Shown here piece by piece: positions 6,462 to 16,160 of a stretch of DNA of 31,566 nt. Below the pieces are notes generated by a model. The model worked only from the letters and a program-made list of their open reading frames with translations. It did not search any database and was not told the DNA's origin. The DNA comes from a virus (Duplodnaviria; Caudoviricetes). The stretch covers positions 1 to 31,566 of IMG/VR virus record IMGVR_UViG_3300027707_000066; one strand, written 5' to 3'. The position numbers and the translations under genes are program-made. Positions within the stretch are counted from its first letter, which is position 1; each line of letters opens with the position of its first letter.

Positions 6462-9400
6462 AGGGTGGACACGATGGGAATCTGGAAGATGAGCGAGTCG
6501 GTGACCACGGGCACGATGCCGACCGCGTTGCCGGCGCTGCCGTAGCAGGTCGGCGCGGCGGAATCGTAATGGAACACCTGCGCGCCGAGCGGGGGCGCGG
6601 TGATGGTGCCGCTTTTGGCGACGACGCAGGTCTCGGTCGAAACGCTGACGAGGTCGAAATCGAGGTAGCCGGTGCCGGTCGGCCAGTAGCGCGCGCCGCA
6701 CATCGTCGCGCCCGCGGTGCTCGGAAGCTCGGTCCTCGATGTGGTCTGGATGACGGTGGTCGTGACCAGCAGCGCGGCGGCATCGGTGGCCAGCTGGTCT
6801 CGCCACGACTCGGGGATGGCGTAGATGGCATCGGGGTCGGTTGGCTCGTAGCGCCAGTCGATGACCCCGCTGCTGGTGTCGAGCGTGCTCGGGGATGTGA
6901 CCGAGGCATTGTGGACCGCAAGGTTGGCCGGACCGCCCGCCCACGCGCCGGTGAAGGAGAGCGCGGGGACGGTCGGCGTCCCTTGGTAATAGCCTTGCCC
7001 TCCGGTCGGTCCTCCAGCCGTGCCGTCGTTGTTGTAGATGGGAACGGCGTTGCTATCGAACCCGGACCGCTCGCGGCTCTCGAATTGATACGGGAGCATC
7101 ACCCGGACCTTGTCGAGCTGGTTGCAGATGCGGCTCAGCCAGTTGAAATGCTCGGCGGCGGCGATGGTCAACGGGGCCACGCCGAACCCCTTGGGCGCGT
7201 CGGCGCGGACCTTGGTATCGTCGAGTCGGGTGGTCTCGGTCGCGGCGAGGGTGGGCACCCAGGGCAGGCCGTTGGCGTCGAAGCAGACGTTGGCCCATGT
7301 GTAATCATAGACGGCATTGATGCCGACGGCGCAGCCGTAGGTCTCGGAGGTGCGGCCGTCCACAAACCCCTCGCACATGAGCCTCAGGTAAAGCTCCGCG
7401 GTGCTCATCGGGTCGTGCTCCAGCTTGGTGTCGCTGGGGCCGGCAGTGGTGTTGTCATCCATCCACGGCTTCTCGATGAGCTTGACGAGGTAAAAGTGCG
7501 GGAAGCAGGTCGCGGTGGGGTGGTCTGGATAGGTCTGGATGAGCGAATCCGCCGCGGCGTCACCGGTCTTCCACGAGGTCGGGAGGTGGGGAATCTTTCC
7601 GTTTAAGTGGGCGAGGTAGTAGAGGATGCCGCTCTCGTCGGTGCGATAGGTCTGGGCAATCAGGTCGGTCATGAAGCCCGCGTCGTTGAAGAACGTGGGA
7701 GAGATGTCGCCCGCGGCGATGGCGTCTTCGTGGGCGTGGAGCCGGCCGTTCAGTGTGACTTTGACGAGGTCTTCGTTGCCGGTGCCGATGACGTTCTCGG
7801 TCCGCAGCACCTGGAGGCACGGCTCGTAGATGCGGCACGATTTGTAGAAGTCGATGGTGGAGGTCGAGTTGGTGCCCTCGGCGTAGCGGTAGGAAGTGGG
7901 AAGCTCGGGGGCCAGCCAGATTTTTTGGCCGTAGGCGAAGTGGTCGTTGAGCGCGGCGGGAAGCGGTGTGGCGGCAAAAACGGGGTAGAACTGGCAGCGG
8001 TCGGACAGCCCGAAATAGTCGGAGTAGGCACCCGGTTTCCACAGGCTTGACTCGTTGTCGCGGAAGCCTTTGAGCTGGAGGCCGAGCACCCACTCGTTGC
8101 TGTATGAGTTGGGCTCGGCCAGCGTCTTGATACCGTTGGCCTCATAGACCACTCCGCTGCCGGTGAACTCGCGGACGGCGGTTGCGGTGAAGGTCGCGCC
8201 GGCGTTGTAGGCGGCGGTGTCGTAGCCAATGGTGGCGCCGGTGACGCGGTAGAGCCGACCGGGAAGGAGCGACCCGCTGGCGATGGGTGCCGTCGCCGGG
8301 CCGATGCCATCGAACATGTCGCCATTGACCGGCCGGGTGACCGGAGGCGGGGCCACGATGGAGGAGGCGAGGAACACGGCGCCGCCGCCCGCGGTGGTGT
8401 AGGCATCGTCCCCGGTGACACCAACGAAGGTGTCGCCGATGGCGTAGGTGACGGCCTGATAGTCCACCGTGCCGCCGGCGGTGCCGCCCACGACGTAGGT
8501 CACGTAGGGCGAGATTTGGCCGCTGGGCACGGCATTGGTCGGCGGCGGGCCGTCGTTGGGCTGGTAGGCGCCGAGGCCGTAGCCGTAGGAGTAGCGGGTG
8601 AACCACAGGACCGACTTGCCGTTCTCCACGGCGTAGGCGCGGAGCTGGTGGCGGTTGAGCAGGCGGACGCGCTTGCTGAGCAGGCGGGCGGATTCCATCA
8701 CGGCGTTTCCGTTGATGGCGGCTTCGGACGACACAAGGTCGGGCGTGGCGTGCTGGTTGATGAGGGCACCCCATCGCCAGTAATCGGTGCCGATTTCCTT
8801 GGCTCGCTCTTCGTCGAGTCCGCTGCCGTCGGTGCCGTTGGTGGGGACGAGGGTCGCGCCGGCGAGGCGGAGGACGAGGCACCAATCATGGTGCTGCGGG
8901 AGGTAGCTCAGCAGCTCCGCGGGCTCGATGAGGATGCCGCCGGCCGAATCGGTCAGTGCGGCGCCGCTGGAGACCTTGAAGGTCACGCTGCCGATGGCGG
9001 GCGTGTCGAGCACAAGCACATCCTCGGCGTGGCCGGTGGCGTCGGGGGTGAGGGTGACGGTGCCGATGACCACGCCATCGTCGAGCACCTGCACCGTGGC
9101 GGACCCGCTCAGTTTCTCCGCGCCGGCGAGGAGGGAGTGGATGCAGAATCCCTCGGCGACGCCGTGGGCGGTCGCGCCGGTGATGCGGTTGGCCAGCAGG
9201 GTGCCGACCGGGATGTTGCGTGAGCCGGTGCTCTCGTAGGTCTGGTAATCGGCGACGACGGTCTCGGCATCGGTCTGGAGGCCGTGCGCGGGCGCGAGCG
9301 CGTACTGGCGCGTGAAGAAGCGTTGCGTGTCGAAACCCACGTTGCGGACGGACTGCGCCCTGCGTTGGGCATCGGTGCCGCGGAACTGCGATGCGAAATG

Positions 9401-10297
9401 ATTCAGGACGCGCGAGGGGAACTCGCCGTCCTGCTTGGTCAGCCGGTTGCCGCCAGAATAAGGCCCCTCGATGTAATAGCGGGTGTCGAGGTACTCGGTC
9501 GCGCCTGAGTTGAGAACGACGACGAAGGCCCACGGGAATCGGTAGATGAAAGAGACATCGGTTGAAAGACCTCCGTAGATCTCGGGGCAGGTGCCGGCGT
9601 AGGTCTTGGTCGTGAGTCCGAGGGCTGCGCCCGTGGCCGTGACCGAGAAAAAAAGCTCGTAGTTGAGCAGGGGCGAGGTGGTGGTCGAGCCGCTGCCGGC
9701 GCACTCGCCGAGGTACTCGGGGGTGGGCGCGTACCCGCCGTAGGATTTGCCGTGCTCGCTGGTGCCCGCGCTGACGATGGCAAAGTGCGACCGGGCCGCG
9801 GTGAAGGTCGGCGAGAATATCAGGCCGCTGGTGCGGTCGTAGGCTCCGCGCTGGTACTTGCCCAGCTCCCAGTTGTACCGCGCGGAGCCTTGCGTGTAGC
9901 CGCTGCTGATAGACAGCGGAACGCCGCCAGCCAGAGGGTCGGAGAGGCGGACGGCCTCGTTGTTCAGGTCCAGCGCCTCGGCCCCGAAGACGAAGGCCGG
10001 CATGAAGGAGGCGATGTTCGCGCCTTCCTCGGTGCCGGGCGGACTCAGGGGCCACTCGGCCTCGGTCGGCAGGACGGACTGATAGAACTCGAGGAACTCC
10101 CCACGCGCCGGGAACAGGTAGCCGCTCGGATTCCTGATCTGCAAAAGTGCAGAGTAGAAATAGAAGGCGATGCGCCACGGCTCCGCCAGCCCGGAGACAA
10201 GGCGCTCGTTGATCCCATTGGCCAGGCTCACCAGATTGGAGCTGGAGAACGGCTGGCCGGGCGCTACCTGGTGGACGCGAGGGAATGTGACGGGCAT
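6458..10297 (-). CDS. Large virion structural protein (putative tail tip/hub), 1279 aa
   Basis: Long ORF with strong GC3 bias and G/T/S/Y-rich beta-type composition, downstream of the tape measure. ATG at 10297. Confidence 0.7.
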   Translation of the reverse strand: MPVTFPRVHQVAPGQPFSSSNLVSLANGINERLVSGLAEPWRIAFYFYSALLQIRNPSGYLFPARGEFLEFYQSVLPTEAEWPLSPPGTEEGANIASFMPAFVFGAEALDLNNEAVRLSDPLAGGVPLSISSGYTQGSARYNWELGKYQRGAYDRTSGLIFSPTFTAARSHFAIVSAGTSEHGKSYGGYAPTPEYLGECAGSGSTTTSPLLNYELFFSVTATGAALGLTTKTYAGTCPEIYGGLSTDVSFIYRFPWAFVVVLNSGATEYLDTRYYIEGPYSGGNRLTKQDGEFPSRVLNHFASQFRGTDAQRRAQSVRNVGFDTQRFFTRQYALAPAHGLQTDAETVVADYQTYESTGSRNIPVGTLLANRITGATAHGVAEGFCIHSLLAGAEKLSGSATVQVLDDGVVIGTVTLTPDATGHAEDVLVLDTPAIGSVTFKVSSGAALTDSAGGILIEPAELLSYLPQHHDWCLVLRLAGATLVPTNGTDGSGLDEERAKEIGTDYWRWGALINQHATPDLVSSEAAINGNAVMESARLLSKRVRLLNRHQLRAYAVENGKSVLWFTRYSYGYGLGAYQPNDGPPPTNAVPSGQISPYVTYVVGGTAGGTVDYQAVTYAIGDTFVGVTGDDAYTTAGGGAVFLASSIVAPPPVTRPVNGDMFDGIGPATAPIASGSLLPGRLYRVTGATIGYDTAAYNAGATFTATAVREFTGSGVVYEANGIKTLAEPNSYSNEWVLGLQLKGFRDNESSLWKPGAYSDYFGLSDRCQFYPVFAATPLPAALNDHFAYGQKIWLAPELPTSYRYAEGTNSTSTIDFYKSCRIYEPCLQVLRTENVIGTGNEDLVKVTLNGRLHAHEDAIAAGDISPTFFNDAGFMTDLIAQTYRTDESGILYYLAHLNGKIPHLPTSWKTGDAAADSLIQTYPDHPTATCFPHFYLVKLIEKPWMDDNTTAGPSDTKLEHDPMSTAELYLRLMCEGFVDGRTSETYGCAVGINAVYDYTWANVCFDANGLPWVPTLAATETTRLDDTKVRADAPKGFGVAPLTIAAAEHFNWLSRICNQLDKVRVMLPYQFESRERSGFDSNAVPIYNNDGTAGGPTGGQGYYQGTPTVPALSFTGAWAGGPANLAVHNASVTSPSTLDTSSGVIDWRYEPTDPDAIYAIPESWRDQLATDAAALLVTTTVIQTTSRTELPSTAGATMCGARYWPTGTGYLDFDLVSVSTETCVVAKSGTITAPPLGAQVFHYDSAAPTCYGSAGNAVGIVPVVTDSLIFQIPIVSTL

Positions 10298-10334
10298 CGG
10301 CGAAAAAGTGGTCAGTTGGCCAGCCCAAGCGCGG

Positions 10335-10712
10335 TCAGACTTCCCAAGCCATGACTTCCATCTCGCCGGTGCCGGCTGCCGTGACCGCCCAGAGGCTCTT
10401 TCCACCGACACACTGGACCATCGCAAAACAGCCGACAGGAATCACAGAGACCGGGTATGTGGTGGCGTCGGTCAGGTAGAGATACATCGACGTCGCCGTG
10501 TCTTGGTTGCGGACGAGGACCCAATAGTTGGCCGCGACGCTCACACCCGTGAACGATGTTTCAATCTGGACGCGTGTGTTGGTGATGTTCAGCACGCCGT
10601 GGAACATATTGCTCCCGGCCATGTCCAGCGATTTGGTGGACGTGGCGTTGGTGATAGTCGTGCCCGTCTTCGAGACGGTGGCTTTGCAGGTGAGGGCGAT
10701 TTCGTTGGCCAT
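10335..10712 (-). CDS. Putative minor virion protein (beta-rich, 125 aa)
   Basis: MANEIALTCKATVSKTG... in the tail module. Confidence 0.65.
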   Translation of the reverse strand: MANEIALTCKATVSKTGTTITNATSTKSLDMAGSNMFHGVLNITNTRVQIETSFTGVSVAANYWVLVRNQDTATSMYLYLTDATTYPVSVIPVGCFAMVQCVGGKSLWAVTAAGTGEMEVMAWEV

Positions 10713-10785
10713 AGGTCAGGGGTTTGGGGTGGGGTGTGAGAGGAAGGAAAAAGGAAAAAGGGAGAAGGCAAAAAGGTCGGCAGGG

Positions 10786-10977
10786 TCAGGCCCAGACGGC
10801 GTCTTGGCTGCCGCTGCGGCCGCCGCCGCCGGTGTTGCGCCGCATCAGCGGGAGGAAGGTGCCGCGCGGGGTGCGCAGGTAGCTCGAGGTCCGGTCGAAG
10901 GCCGGGCGGACGGCGCGCGTGGCGGCACGCAGGCGGGCGAGCGGGTTGGCAGCAAGGGGGATGGGGTCTGTATTCAC
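10786..10977 (-). CDS. Small tail-region protein (63 aa)
   Basis: ORF bounded by repeat tracts; ...RTPRGT...GGGG...VWA. Confidence 0.55.
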   Translation of the reverse strand: MNTDPIPLAANPLARLRAATRAVRPAFDRTSSYLRTPRGTFLPLMRRNTGGGGRSGSQDAVWA

Positions 10978-11019
10978 AGGAAGGAAAAAGGGAGAAGGAA
11001 AAAGGAAAAAGGGCCGAGG

Positions 11020-11445
11020 TCAGAAGGGGACGTCGTCGTCGTCGATGGGCGTGCCGGAAGCGGGGGCGGCGGGAGCGGAGGCCGATGGAGCGGGCGCGGC
11101 GGCGGTGCGCTCGGCGGAGTCGATGAAGGAGAAGGACTCCATGACCACGACGGTGCGCGAACGCTTGGCGCCGGTGGTCTTGTCGTCCCAAGTCTCGAGG
11201 TGGAGCCGGCCCTCGACCAACAGCGGGCGACCTTTGCGCAGGAACTTGGCCACGGTCTCGGCTTGGCGGCCGAAGGCTTTCACATCCACGAAGGTGACCT
11301 CTTCGCGCTTTTCGCCGGTCTCGGTGGTCCAGTTGCGATTAATGGCGAGCGAGAACTTGCCGACGGCGGTGCCCTTGGGCGTGTGCGTCAGCTCGGGGTC
11401 GCGGGTCAGGTTGCCGGCGAGGATGACTTTGTTGAAGGAGGCCAT
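11020..11445 (-). CDS. ssb: Single-stranded DNA-binding protein
   Basis: MASFNKVILAGNLTRDPEL...KGRPLLVEGRL..., with acidic C-terminal tip DDDDVPF. Confidence 0.96.
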   Translation of the reverse strand: MASFNKVILAGNLTRDPELTHTPKGTAVGKFSLAINRNWTTETGEKREEVTFVDVKAFGRQAETVAKFLRKGRPLLVEGRLHLETWDDKTTGAKRSRTVVVMESFSFIDSAERTAAAPAPSASAPAAPASGTPIDDDDVPF

Positions 11446-11492
11446 TTGCGGAGAAGGAAAAAGGGGGAAGGAAAAAGGCAAAAGGACCGAGG

Positions 11493-12410
11493 TCAGGCGA
11501 CAATCTTGCGTTGGGCGAACAGGCCGAGGCGTTCGGCAAACCAATACTCGAGGCGGTAATGCCAGCGGCCGTCGGCGAGCTGGTCGCCCTCGGGGGCTTT
11601 CTTGAGCCAGTAGCCGGCGGCGGTGGTCCCGGCGCGGAGCTGGGCATCGACGGTGAGCGCCGCCATCTCGACTTGCAGCTCGGCGGGGATGGTGGGCTCT
11701 TCGGTGAGGAGGCCCACGGTGGTGTAGAGGTGGTTCACGTTGGTGAACAACGGCTCCAGCGGGCGTGTGGTGGGGGGCGGCACGACCGCGGCCGGACCGT
11801 AGAGGATGGCATCGGTCAGCAGCGGTTGGTTGGGCACGGTGCCCCGGGCAAAAGCCGGGAAGATGCGCGAGAGTTGCAGCACGGGCACGCTGGTGAGTTC
11901 GGCCTCCACGCCGGCGGCAATGTCTTTGACGAGGTCGTCGAAGATAGCGGTCTCGATGCCGAAGGCAGAAACGGTGGCGAAGATGGTCTCGAGGTCGAGC
12001 GGATGGATGATGCCGGCGTCGTCGGTCCAGGTCCGCTCGCCCCGAAGGATGGCTTCGATGTCGGCCTTGAAGTTGGCCTTGCCCGCGGGGTCGGTGAGCT
12101 TGGCCATCTCGACCGCGACCTCGTCGTTGAGCCAGAGGCTCTGCTGGATCTCGTTGAACCGCACGGACCAGTTGTCCACCACGGTGGCCACGGGCGCGGC
12201 CCAGTGCAGCAGGGCATCGGGGCTGGTGCCCTCGGGGTCGACGGAATAGGCGAGGCCGGCGGCTTGGAGTGCGTTTTCCCATGAGGCCAGCTCCGTTTTG
12301 GGCACGCGCTTGCTGTGCTGCACCTGGCGCCCTTCCCGCGGATCCCAGTGAATAGTGGGGAACAGGTCGAAGCTGGTGGCGGTGCCGCGGCGTTGAGGGG
12401 AAGAAGGCAT
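11493..12410 (-). CDS. Putative distal tail protein (post-tape-measure), 305 aa
   Basis: Position directly after the tape measure; coding-like ORF. Confidence 0.55.
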   Translation of the reverse strand: MPSSPQRRGTATSFDLFPTIHWDPREGRQVQHSKRVPKTELASWENALQAAGLAYSVDPEGTSPDALLHWAAPVATVVDNWSVRFNEIQQSLWLNDEVAVEMAKLTDPAGKANFKADIEAILRGERTWTDDAGIIHPLDLETIFATVSAFGIETAIFDDLVKDIAAGVEAELTSVPVLQLSRIFPAFARGTVPNQPLLTDAILYGPAAVVPPPTTRPLEPLFTNVNHLYTTVGLLTEEPTIPAELQVEMAALTVDAQLRAGTTAAGYWLKKAPEGDQLADGRWHYRLEYWFAERLGLFAQRKIVA

Positions 12411-12461
12411 CCGGTGGGAGGAAGGAAAAAGGGGGAAGGAAAAAAGAAAAAGGTCAGCAGG

Positions 12462-13535
12462 TCAGGGCCGCACGCGGCTGCCGGCGGCGCGGAGGAGGCG
12501 GATCTCGGCGAGGGTGTGCTCGGCCACGCTCAGGTGGCGGCGGGAGATGTCGACCATGGGGTTGCCGGCGCCGCCCACGAAGAGCCCGATTTTCGAGTAG
12601 CTGTCGCCGGTGTCGATTTGGCTGCCACCGGATGCAAGTTTTCCGGTGGTGACCGGGGTGAGTGCTTTGTCGAAAAGTTGTTTCCGTCGGGTGGCGAGGT
12701 CCGCGGGGCTGATGCCCGCGGTTGAATCTGGAACGTCAGATGAGAGTGCCTCGTCAAGCAAAGCACTTGTGAAACTAAAAAGTTTTCCGACGATAGGGAT
12801 TTTTTGCAACCCAATCTTCTCTTCAATCGACTCCCGGTCAATGACCCGAGATGCCAATCCAGCCAAGGGAGCTGCGGCCACAAGAATCCGCCTGCCGAGT
12901 TCATCAATAGCATCCTGAGCGGCGGATAGGTCCTTGATGTTCTGGTCGTCGAGCAACTTGACGGGACCAAGGTTTTTAAGAGTCGTGAAAGTGGAGGCGA
13001 GGCGGGCGCCCTTCTTGCCCGCCAGGTCGAAGAGGTCGGCCTGCTCCTGGGCACCGATGCCGGCGGCGCTGGCGGTGTCGTAGAGCTGCTTGAGCAGGTC
13101 GAGGTTGCTCATCTGGCCGTCGGCCAGCTTGGCGAGGCCCATGCCGTAGCGGGCGAAGAGCTGCTGCTCCTTGCCATCACCGCCGAGAGCCTTCTGCCGG
13201 GCTTGGCCGATGTGCGAAAGCGCCTTGGCGATGGTCTCGAACTCGATGCCGTTGCGGCCGCCGGCGATGGTGAGGCGCTGCACGTCCTCGGCGGCGATGC
13301 CCAGCTGGTCGCTCAGGTCGCCCACTTTGTCACCGTAGGCAATAGTCCGGCGGCCAAGCTCCCCGATGGTGCCGACCACCGCGGCGAAGCCGAAGGCGCC
13401 TTGCACCTTGCTCCCGATGTCCTTGCTCCACCCGCCGACGAGGTCGCCAGAGAACTTGCCGGCAGCGCCCTTGGCCGAGGCAAGTCCGCGGATGAAACCG
13501 GAGCCATCCAGCCCGAGGCGGGCGAACATGTTCAC
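12462..13535 (-). CDS. Tail tape measure protein (short, about 357 aa)
   Basis: N-terminus ARLGLDGSGFIRGL and TMP motif GDLSDQLGIAAEDVQRL, Ala/Gly-rich helical. Follows tube and chaperone. Start is GTG 13535 or ATG 13529. Confidence 0.8.
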   Translation of the reverse strand: MNMFARLGLDGSGFIRGLASAKGAAGKFSGDLVGGWSKDIGSKVQGAFGFAAVVGTIGELGRRTIAYGDKVGDLSDQLGIAAEDVQRLTIAGGRNGIEFETIAKALSHIGQARQKALGGDGKEQQLFARYGMGLAKLADGQMSNLDLLKQLYDTASAAGIGAQEQADLFDLAGKKGARLASTFTTLKNLGPVKLLDDQNIKDLSAAQDAIDELGRRILVAAAPLAGLASRVIDRESIEEKIGLQKIPIVGKLFSFTSALLDEALSSDVPDSTAGISPADLATRRKQLFDKALTPVTTGKLASGGSQIDTGDSYSKIGLFVGGAGNPMVDISRRHLSVAEHTLAEIRLLRAAGSRVRP

Positions 13536-14305
13536 GCGGCGGCCTCCTGTGCGGTGCCCGCTGGCGCCCGCTGCGCGACCAACGCCTCGAGTGCCGCGCG
13601 GGCATCCTTCAGTTGGGCGAGCTCGCCCGCGCCGCCGCTTGATTTCCACCGGGACTCGGCGTCGATGACATAGGCCTTGGCGATGACCAGCTCGTGGTCG
13701 AGCTGGTCGGCCTGTGCGCTGAGGTCGTTGACTTCCTGCTCGGCGGCGTCGTCGAGCAGCTCGATGCGGCCTTCGACTTCCCAGAAGGTGAAGTAGTCGA
13801 AGAGCGCGCGACCCAGGGGCAGGGCGATGGCCTCGGAGGGCGAATAGCCCAGTTTGGCCTGGAGCACCACGCGGACGTGCTCGAGGAACGGCGCGCCGCG
13901 GGGCGTGGACCGCTCGCCGCGCGATTCCTCGGAGAGCTGCCGGAACTCGGGGCAGGCGGAGTGGTGCTCGCAATACTCGCGGAAGAGCGCCAACGCGCGG
14001 ACCACGATGGCGAAGGCGGCGGGCGCGCCCTGGGTGATGCGGGTCCACGCCAGTTGCCCGCGGATGGAGCTGGTCCAGAGCCAGACGCGCAGCGCGAGCC
14101 GTCGCGAACCCATCAAGCGCTGGAAATCCCCGGGCGGTAGCGTGCAGACGAGCACGGCCATGAAGAGCGACCCGGCGTCGTCCACGGTGCGCAGGCCGAG
14201 GCTCTCGAGCGTGCAGGCGTGTCCGAGCGTGAACGGGCGCAACTCTTGCCCCAAGACCCGGAATGGGCGGGGGATGTGGCAGCGCGTTTGGAAGTCGGAA
14301 AGCAC
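13532..14305 (-). CDS. Tail assembly chaperone-position protein
   Basis: Lies between tube and TMP; VLGQELRPFTLGH...LGYSPSEAIALPLGRA. Confidence 0.6.
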   Translation of the reverse strand: MLSDFQTRCHIPRPFRVLGQELRPFTLGHACTLESLGLRTVDDAGSLFMAVLVCTLPPGDFQRLMGSRRLALRVWLWTSSIRGQLAWTRITQGAPAAFAIVVRALALFREYCEHHSACPEFRQLSEESRGERSTPRGAPFLEHVRVVLQAKLGYSPSEAIALPLGRALFDYFTFWEVEGRIELLDDAAEQEVNDLSAQADQLDHELVIAKAYVIDAESRWKSSGGAGELAQLKDARAALEALVAQRAPAGTAQEAAA

Positions 14306-14416
14306 TTGCGGTAAGGAAAAAGTGGGCAGGAAAAAGGAAAAAGGTGGGGAGGTTCGATGCGTGGCTTGGCTTTGTCCTTTTGCCTTTTTCCTTGGTTCTT
14401 TTGCCTTTGCTCAGAC

Positions 14417-14857
14417 TCAGGTCGCGGTCAACGAGAGGTCGGTCTCGTAGGCTTTGATGGTGATGTCGAACTCGACCTTGTCGGAGACTTTGCGGGTTCG
14501 ACCCACTTTCATCACCACATAGGGGGTGCCGGTGCCGCCAGCACCCACGGCAGTGTCGGTGTCGATGATGCAAAACTTGTCCCCGATTGCTGGCAGCGCC
14601 ATGGCAGCATTGGTCGCGGCGGTCAGCCCGCTGCCCTTTGGATAGACGCGCAGCTGGACCTCGTTGGTGAAATCGTAGAACACGATGCCGAGGGTTGCGC
14701 CCGTCACCGGGTCGGCGCTCTCGGTCATCTTGGCATCCTTGGTCAGACTTTGCTCGGTTGCGTGGACGGCAAGGACCGTCGCGGTGCCGGTGTAGGTGTA
14801 GCTAGTGCTGGTGATGCCCCACGCAACAGCGAGGCCTTTTTGTGTGACGGTGGGCAT
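14417..14857 (-). CDS. Major tail tube protein (putative)
   Basis: 146-aa Thr-rich beta protein between the terminator-like gene and the chaperone/TMP. Confidence 0.6.
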   Translation of the reverse strand: MPTVTQKGLAVAWGITSTSYTYTGTATVLAVHATEQSLTKDAKMTESADPVTGATLGIVFYDFTNEVQLRVYPKGSGLTAATNAAMALPAIGDKFCIIDTDTAVGAGGTGTPYVVMKVGRTRKVSDKVEFDITIKAYETDLSLTAT

Positions 14858-14883
14858 AGGGTTTTATCAGGTTGGGGGAACGG

Positions 14884-15654
14884 TCAGGAAACGTCGCAGC
14901 CTGCACAGTACAGGCCGATGGTGAGGGTGTGGACGCGGGCGCGGCCCTCGGCGGAATGGTCGCTGGCCCGGTCGGTCACGCCGATGACGGTCAGGCGGGT
15001 GACATCGAACCGCACGGCGTTGAGCTGGGCGGCAAGGTCATCGGCTTGCAACGCATCGATGAGGGTGGCGCTGGCGCTCCGCAGGGCCGCTGGGATGTCC
15101 ACGATGGCGGCGGTGCCGGCGGCCGGCGGGAGGTCGCCCGCGGCCAGGGCGGTGTTGATCTGGCTGCCGGCCGCGGCGAGCAACGCGGCAAAATTGGTGC
15201 CGCCGACGGGGATGTCCTGCGCGTCTTCGGCGGCGGTGATGGCGGCGCGGCAAGTGGCGAGCAACGCGGCCAGCCCCGCGATGGTGCCGGCATCGACCGG
15301 GCTGGCGGGCAGGAGGATGTCCACCTGGAGTTTCACGGCCTCGTTGCCGGAGAGGTCGCCGTTGTCGCCGCCGCCTTGAACGCTCACCACGGCGCAGGGG
15401 AGCTGGCGCTCTTCGGTGCCGTGGCCGCGGTAGAGGCGGAAGATGTTGCCGCCGGCCAGGGGGATGCCGTTCTCGTCGCTCAGCTCACCGATGCCGCCAT
15501 CGCCCATCGGGGTGGAGAGCGCGGCGGGGATGGTATCGACCGAAGTCAGACCGCCATCAGCCAGCGCGCCGCCCGCCGCCGCGCCGGCCGTGGACGCGAC
15601 GAGTCGCGCGACCAGGTAGGCCATCGTTGCGCGTTCGAGTTCGTCGGCAATCAC
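14884..15654 (-). CDS. Tail terminator/completion-like protein with Ala-rich insertions
   Basis: ERATMAYL...YRGHGTEERQLPCAVVS...RARVHTLTIGLYC. Directly upstream of the tube. GTG start. Confidence 0.55.
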   Translation of the reverse strand: MIADELERATMAYLVARLVASTAGAAAGGALADGGLTSVDTIPAALSTPMGDGGIGELSDENGIPLAGGNIFRLYRGHGTEERQLPCAVVSVQGGGDNGDLSGNEAVKLQVDILLPASPVDAGTIAGLAALLATCRAAITAAEDAQDIPVGGTNFAALLAAAGSQINTALAAGDLPPAAGTAAIVDIPAALRSASATLIDALQADDLAAQLNAVRFDVTRLTVIGVTDRASDHSAEGRARVHTLTIGLYCAGCDVS

Positions 15655-15709
15655 GTTGGGGAGAGTGGGTGGGTGAGTGAGTGAGCCAGAGAGCCAGTGG
15701 AAGAAGGTC

Positions 15710-15928
15710 TCAAGCGGTCAGGACGAACTTGGCGCGGAAGGGCTCGGGAATCGGGCGGCCGGTGTCGAGCAAGGCGCGTAGGTGGTCCTTGGCGGCCTGT
15801 TGGAAGCGGACGAGCACATCCCACTTGTCGCGCGCGGCGGCGTGGACACCGGGCAACAGGTTGGACTGGGCCACCCAGTAGCCGTCATCCTGTTGCTCGA
15901 GGCGGATTTTCGTTTGCGGGACAATCAT
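15710..15928 (-). CDS. hicB: HicB-family antitoxin-like protein (solo)
   Basis: IRLEQQDDGYWVAQSNLLPGVHA...AAKDHLRALLDTGRPIPEP matches the HicB partial RNase H fold pattern. Confidence 0.8.
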   Translation of the reverse strand: MIVPQTKIRLEQQDDGYWVAQSNLLPGVHAAARDKWDVLVRFQQAAKDHLRALLDTGRPIPEPFRAKFVLTA

Positions 15929-16023
15929 GGCGGCGGCGGCTTTCGGTAACGGCCGGGAGTGCCGCGGCGGGCGCGGCTTGGAGCGCGACGCACTCCGCTC
16001 CCGGTCGTTGACTGGTGCGGGCG

Positions 16024-16039
16024 GCGTCCATGGTGGCGG
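16024..16039 (-). promoter_or_regulatory. Conserved 16-bp motif CCGCCACCATGGACGC, copy 1 (putative late promoter)
   Basis: Exact copies at 22962, 26299 and 29276, each upstream of a minus-strand gene. Confidence 0.6.
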
Positions 16040-16160
16040 CGCGCGCCGGCGGAGCCGGCGAAGGCAAAAGGCAAAAGGATAAAGGAAAAAGGTGGGGAGG
16101 CGTGGCGCGCGGCGTGTCCGGTACTTTTGCCTTTTTCCTTTTTCCTTTCTGCTTTTGCCT

